In this document: one piece after another, positions 53,917 through 56,045 of the stretch
Numbering within the stretch: position 1 is the first letter of the stretch
How the letters are laid out: each line of letters begins with the position of its first letter
Position numbers and translations under genes: made by a program
Notes under the pieces: model-generated
Database searches by the model: none
Seen by the model: only the letters and a program-made list of their open reading frames with translations
Told to the model about the DNA's origin: nothing
DNA from: a virus
Lineage: Duplodnaviria > Caudoviricetes
Reading direction: 5' to 3' (one strand)
Virus record (IMG/VR): IMGVR_UViG_3300027691_000002
Span: 1-56,045 of that record
Length of the DNA stretch: 56,045 bases

Positions 53917-54466
53917 TTCAAACCTCCTGAGTAAGGAACAAGAGACAGGGCCTTAGCCCTGTCTCAAGCACATCACTCAGATCATGACTCGCAGTTCAAA
54001 CAGTTGTCGGCACTGTCAGGATTCCAAGCCTTACAGTTGGGACAGCGCCACATGTTCTCGTACATCATCCTGAACCAGTTCATCATCAGGCACCAACCCT
54101 CTTAGCCATGATGTCAACAACGTCTTCAGCCTCAGCCCAGGAGTCCAGGACCAGAGTCCCACACTTACCGTCGCCCAGGTTCTTTCCCAGCTTTGAATCC
54201 CAGATGACAACCGAGTCACCGACATAGCCAGTGATCCAGTAGCGCTGTGAGAGCGTCATCTCATGCCTTCTTTCGGTTTGAGTACTTCGCAGAGACTACG
54301 TGCGATGACGCAGTCTCGGGCAGTACTCAAGCCTTGACGAACTCTCCGTTGACCAGGACATACCAGCCATCTGCGAACAGGATTGCGTTCTCGGGGTGAT
54401 TCATGTCTTAGATCCTCCTAAGTAGAGAACAAGGAAGAGGGATCAACCCTCTTCCAAGCAAGCCAC

Positions 54467-54736
54467 TCAGCAGTAGTTCCCATCAACGCTCTTGATGTGC
54501 ATCGTGCTGTTCGGACCGAGGTAGTTGGCTCCGAAGAGGTACTCCAACACCCCGTCTTCACCGATCGGGTCAGGGTTGACCGGGCCGTAGACTTCCCCGG
54601 ATGCCTTGAACTCCCACTCCTGAACCAGGATAACCCTGGCACCCGCCACCCACAGGAAGATGTAGCCTCCGATTTCGTCACCATCCTCATCGAACTCAGT
54701 GGTGACAACCCGGATGGTGGGGTTCACATTCTTCAT
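54467..54736 (-). CDS. hypothetical acidic early protein
   Basis: AAGGAG RBS. Confidence 0.65.
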   Translation of the reverse strand: MKNVNPTIRVVTTEFDEDGDEIGGYIFLWVAGARVILVQEWEFKASGEVYGPVNPDPIGEDGVLEYLFGANYLGPNSTMHIKSVDGNYC

Positions 54737-54796
54737 GTCTTGTCTCCTTTACATGGGATGAATGAACCGGGATGAACCCGGTCCAAACAACCCTTG

Positions 54797-54982
54797 TCAG
54801 AAGTTCACGAAGCCGTGCCATGGAGCCTTCTCACCACAGATCATGTTGCCCATGACGTGGCAATTGAAGGTGATGTCATCTTCCTTCACCTCGGCCATCG
54901 CTCCGTAGAGGCCCAAGAGCACGTAGCCCAAGAGAAGCCCCATGAGAGCGGCAGCCAGGTAAGTTCCGATACCTTTGACCAT
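54797..54982 (-). CDS. small membrane protein (first early gene)
   Basis: GGAGGTTTGAAGAC-ATG; one TM helix; FNCHVMGN.ICG motif. Confidence 0.65.
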   Translation of the reverse strand: MVKGIGTYLAAALMGLLLGYVLLGLYGAMAEVKEDDITFNCHVMGNMICGEKAPWHGFVNF

Positions 54983-55100
54983 GTCTTCAAACCTCCAGTG
55001 TACTAACAACCAAGGCGTGACAGGGACCAGGTCAGTAACACCACTCTAACCCCCTGCCACACGCTAAGTTCTTAGTACAACTCGGTTGGGCTTCTCATCC

Positions 55101-55488
55101 ACCCACTACCACACGGACATGAGTCTTGCTTAGGCGGTTCCCCTCGCGGGTTAGCTACCAGGCGGACAAGTCACGAGGGCTGTGTTGAGTCACCCTCTAC
55201 GCCTACCCCTTTCGGGGCTACCGTGTCCTACTGTTCCGGCCAGTAGACGCCTATGTGTTGGTGGGGCGCACCCCTAGGTTCGTATGCGCAGACTCTGACC
55301 CTTGAGAGGGCTCACCCTGTCTGGCAGTGGTGATTAAGTTGTGAAGCAAGCTTAGCACTCACGCTCTGGCCTGTAGTACCGCCATTCGGAGTAACTTGTC
55401 TGTGCTGTTCCGCGTCGTCGGCCTGATCGGCCTAGAGGCTGGTCAACAGACCCTTGCTCACTCCGTGAGCGTATGTAGTTAAGCTTGC
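55101..55488 (-). ncRNA. candidate structured non-coding RNA / early leader
   Basis: no credible ORF; nested long-range stems; GAAA and GCGA tetraloops only on the minus strand. Confidence 0.5.
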
Positions 55489-56007
55489 GGTGTAACCGTA
55501 CCAGGCTTGTCAAGCCCGACTCTGACCAGGCGTTGCGGCGCCTCTGCGACTGCCCCTGAGGGCGTCCCCTGCGTGATGCAGCTGTGTGAGCCTGCGTTGC
55601 CTGGGCTGGTCGTATGGAGTTGGTCTTGCCTGACATGGAGAACACTAGGCCCAAGGGTCTTCCCCTGTCTCGCGTTTGTGACCCAGGCCACAGAAAGAGG
55701 CCTTCCCACACAGAACTTCGCCCTGAGAGCCCTTCTAAGACCCTCTGTAGGGGCGTCTGGTGTCCTTACCCCAGGCAAGGGGTGTTCGTGCGTGTATGGG
55801 CCTCTGAGAGGGGTGTATGAGGGTATGTGGTGCACAGTGGTGTGTGGGGGTGGGACAGCAGGGTCTGTGCGTGTGTGCGTATAGCACAGTGTGGTGTGTA
55901 TGTACAGAGGTATGTGGGTAGTGAGACGTGAGTAACTTACTAGGGGGTAGGGTTGACACAGGGGTATGGGGTGTGCATCTCGTTACACAATCGTGACTTG
56001 ACTTTGA

Positions 56008-56045
56008 GGGGTGGGGGGTGTACCCTCCCCCGCCCGGTCCCGGCC
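56008..56045. other. probable right genome terminus / cos-proximal G-C hairpin
   Basis: GGGTGGGGG/CCCCCGCCC inverted repeat then GC-rich end; HNH plus TerS at the other end fits a cos phage. Confidence 0.4.

Larger units (their letters stand above)
52207..55079 (-). repeat. family of seven intergenic stem/internal-loop/stem RNA elements upstream of early-gene RBSs
   Basis: elements at 52207-52265, ~53115-53151, 53927-53980, 54277-54330, 54418-54470, 54751-54797, 54999-55079. Confidence 0.7.

Noticed and set aside
55352-55959. ORFs in the right terminal region
   Set aside because: Low-complexity translations without RBS; the region looks non-coding and structured
1-56045. Genome-wide TAG reassignment
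   Set aside because: Conserved genes are full length in the standard code and several end naturally at TAG
1-56045. L5-type 13-bp stoperator array
   Set aside because: No frequently repeated asymmetric 13-mer noticed by eye and no repressor gene; a motif search would be needed to exclude it fully

Overview
The window looks like an essentially complete ~56 kb genome of a tailed actinobacteriophage with mycobacteriophage cluster A (L5/D29)-like architecture, apparently strictly lytic: no integrase, ParA or repressor is recognisable, and there is no lysin B, so the host probably lacks mycolic acids. The left arm (+ strand, 439-21926) carries an HNH nuclease, small terminase, GH25 endolysin, a 17-tRNA cluster interleaved with structured spacers and Cys/His micro-ORFs, and then the head and tail genes. 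A glycosyltransferase and an Acb2-like anti-CBASS sponge sit right after the capsid gene. The right arm (- strand, ~22000-55000) carries DNA metabolism genes (Pol I, ThyX, class II RNR, split primase, helicase, EndoVII, Cas4-like nuclease), an RNA repair set (Pnkp, Rnl1, Rnl2-like), a nucleotidyltransferase with three paralogous neighbours, an Lsr2-like protein, five more tRNAs and many small early genes. The most notable signals are: a CUA-anticodon (amber suppressor) tRNA together with an in-frame TAG junction between an HNH gene and the DNA polymerase gene; many non-canonical tRNAs (Thr-AGT, short-arm Leu and Tyr); seven repeated stem/internal-loop/stem RNA elements in front of early-gene RBSs; and a complex structured non-coding early leader. 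All calls come from motif recognition and manual folding; no searches were run.
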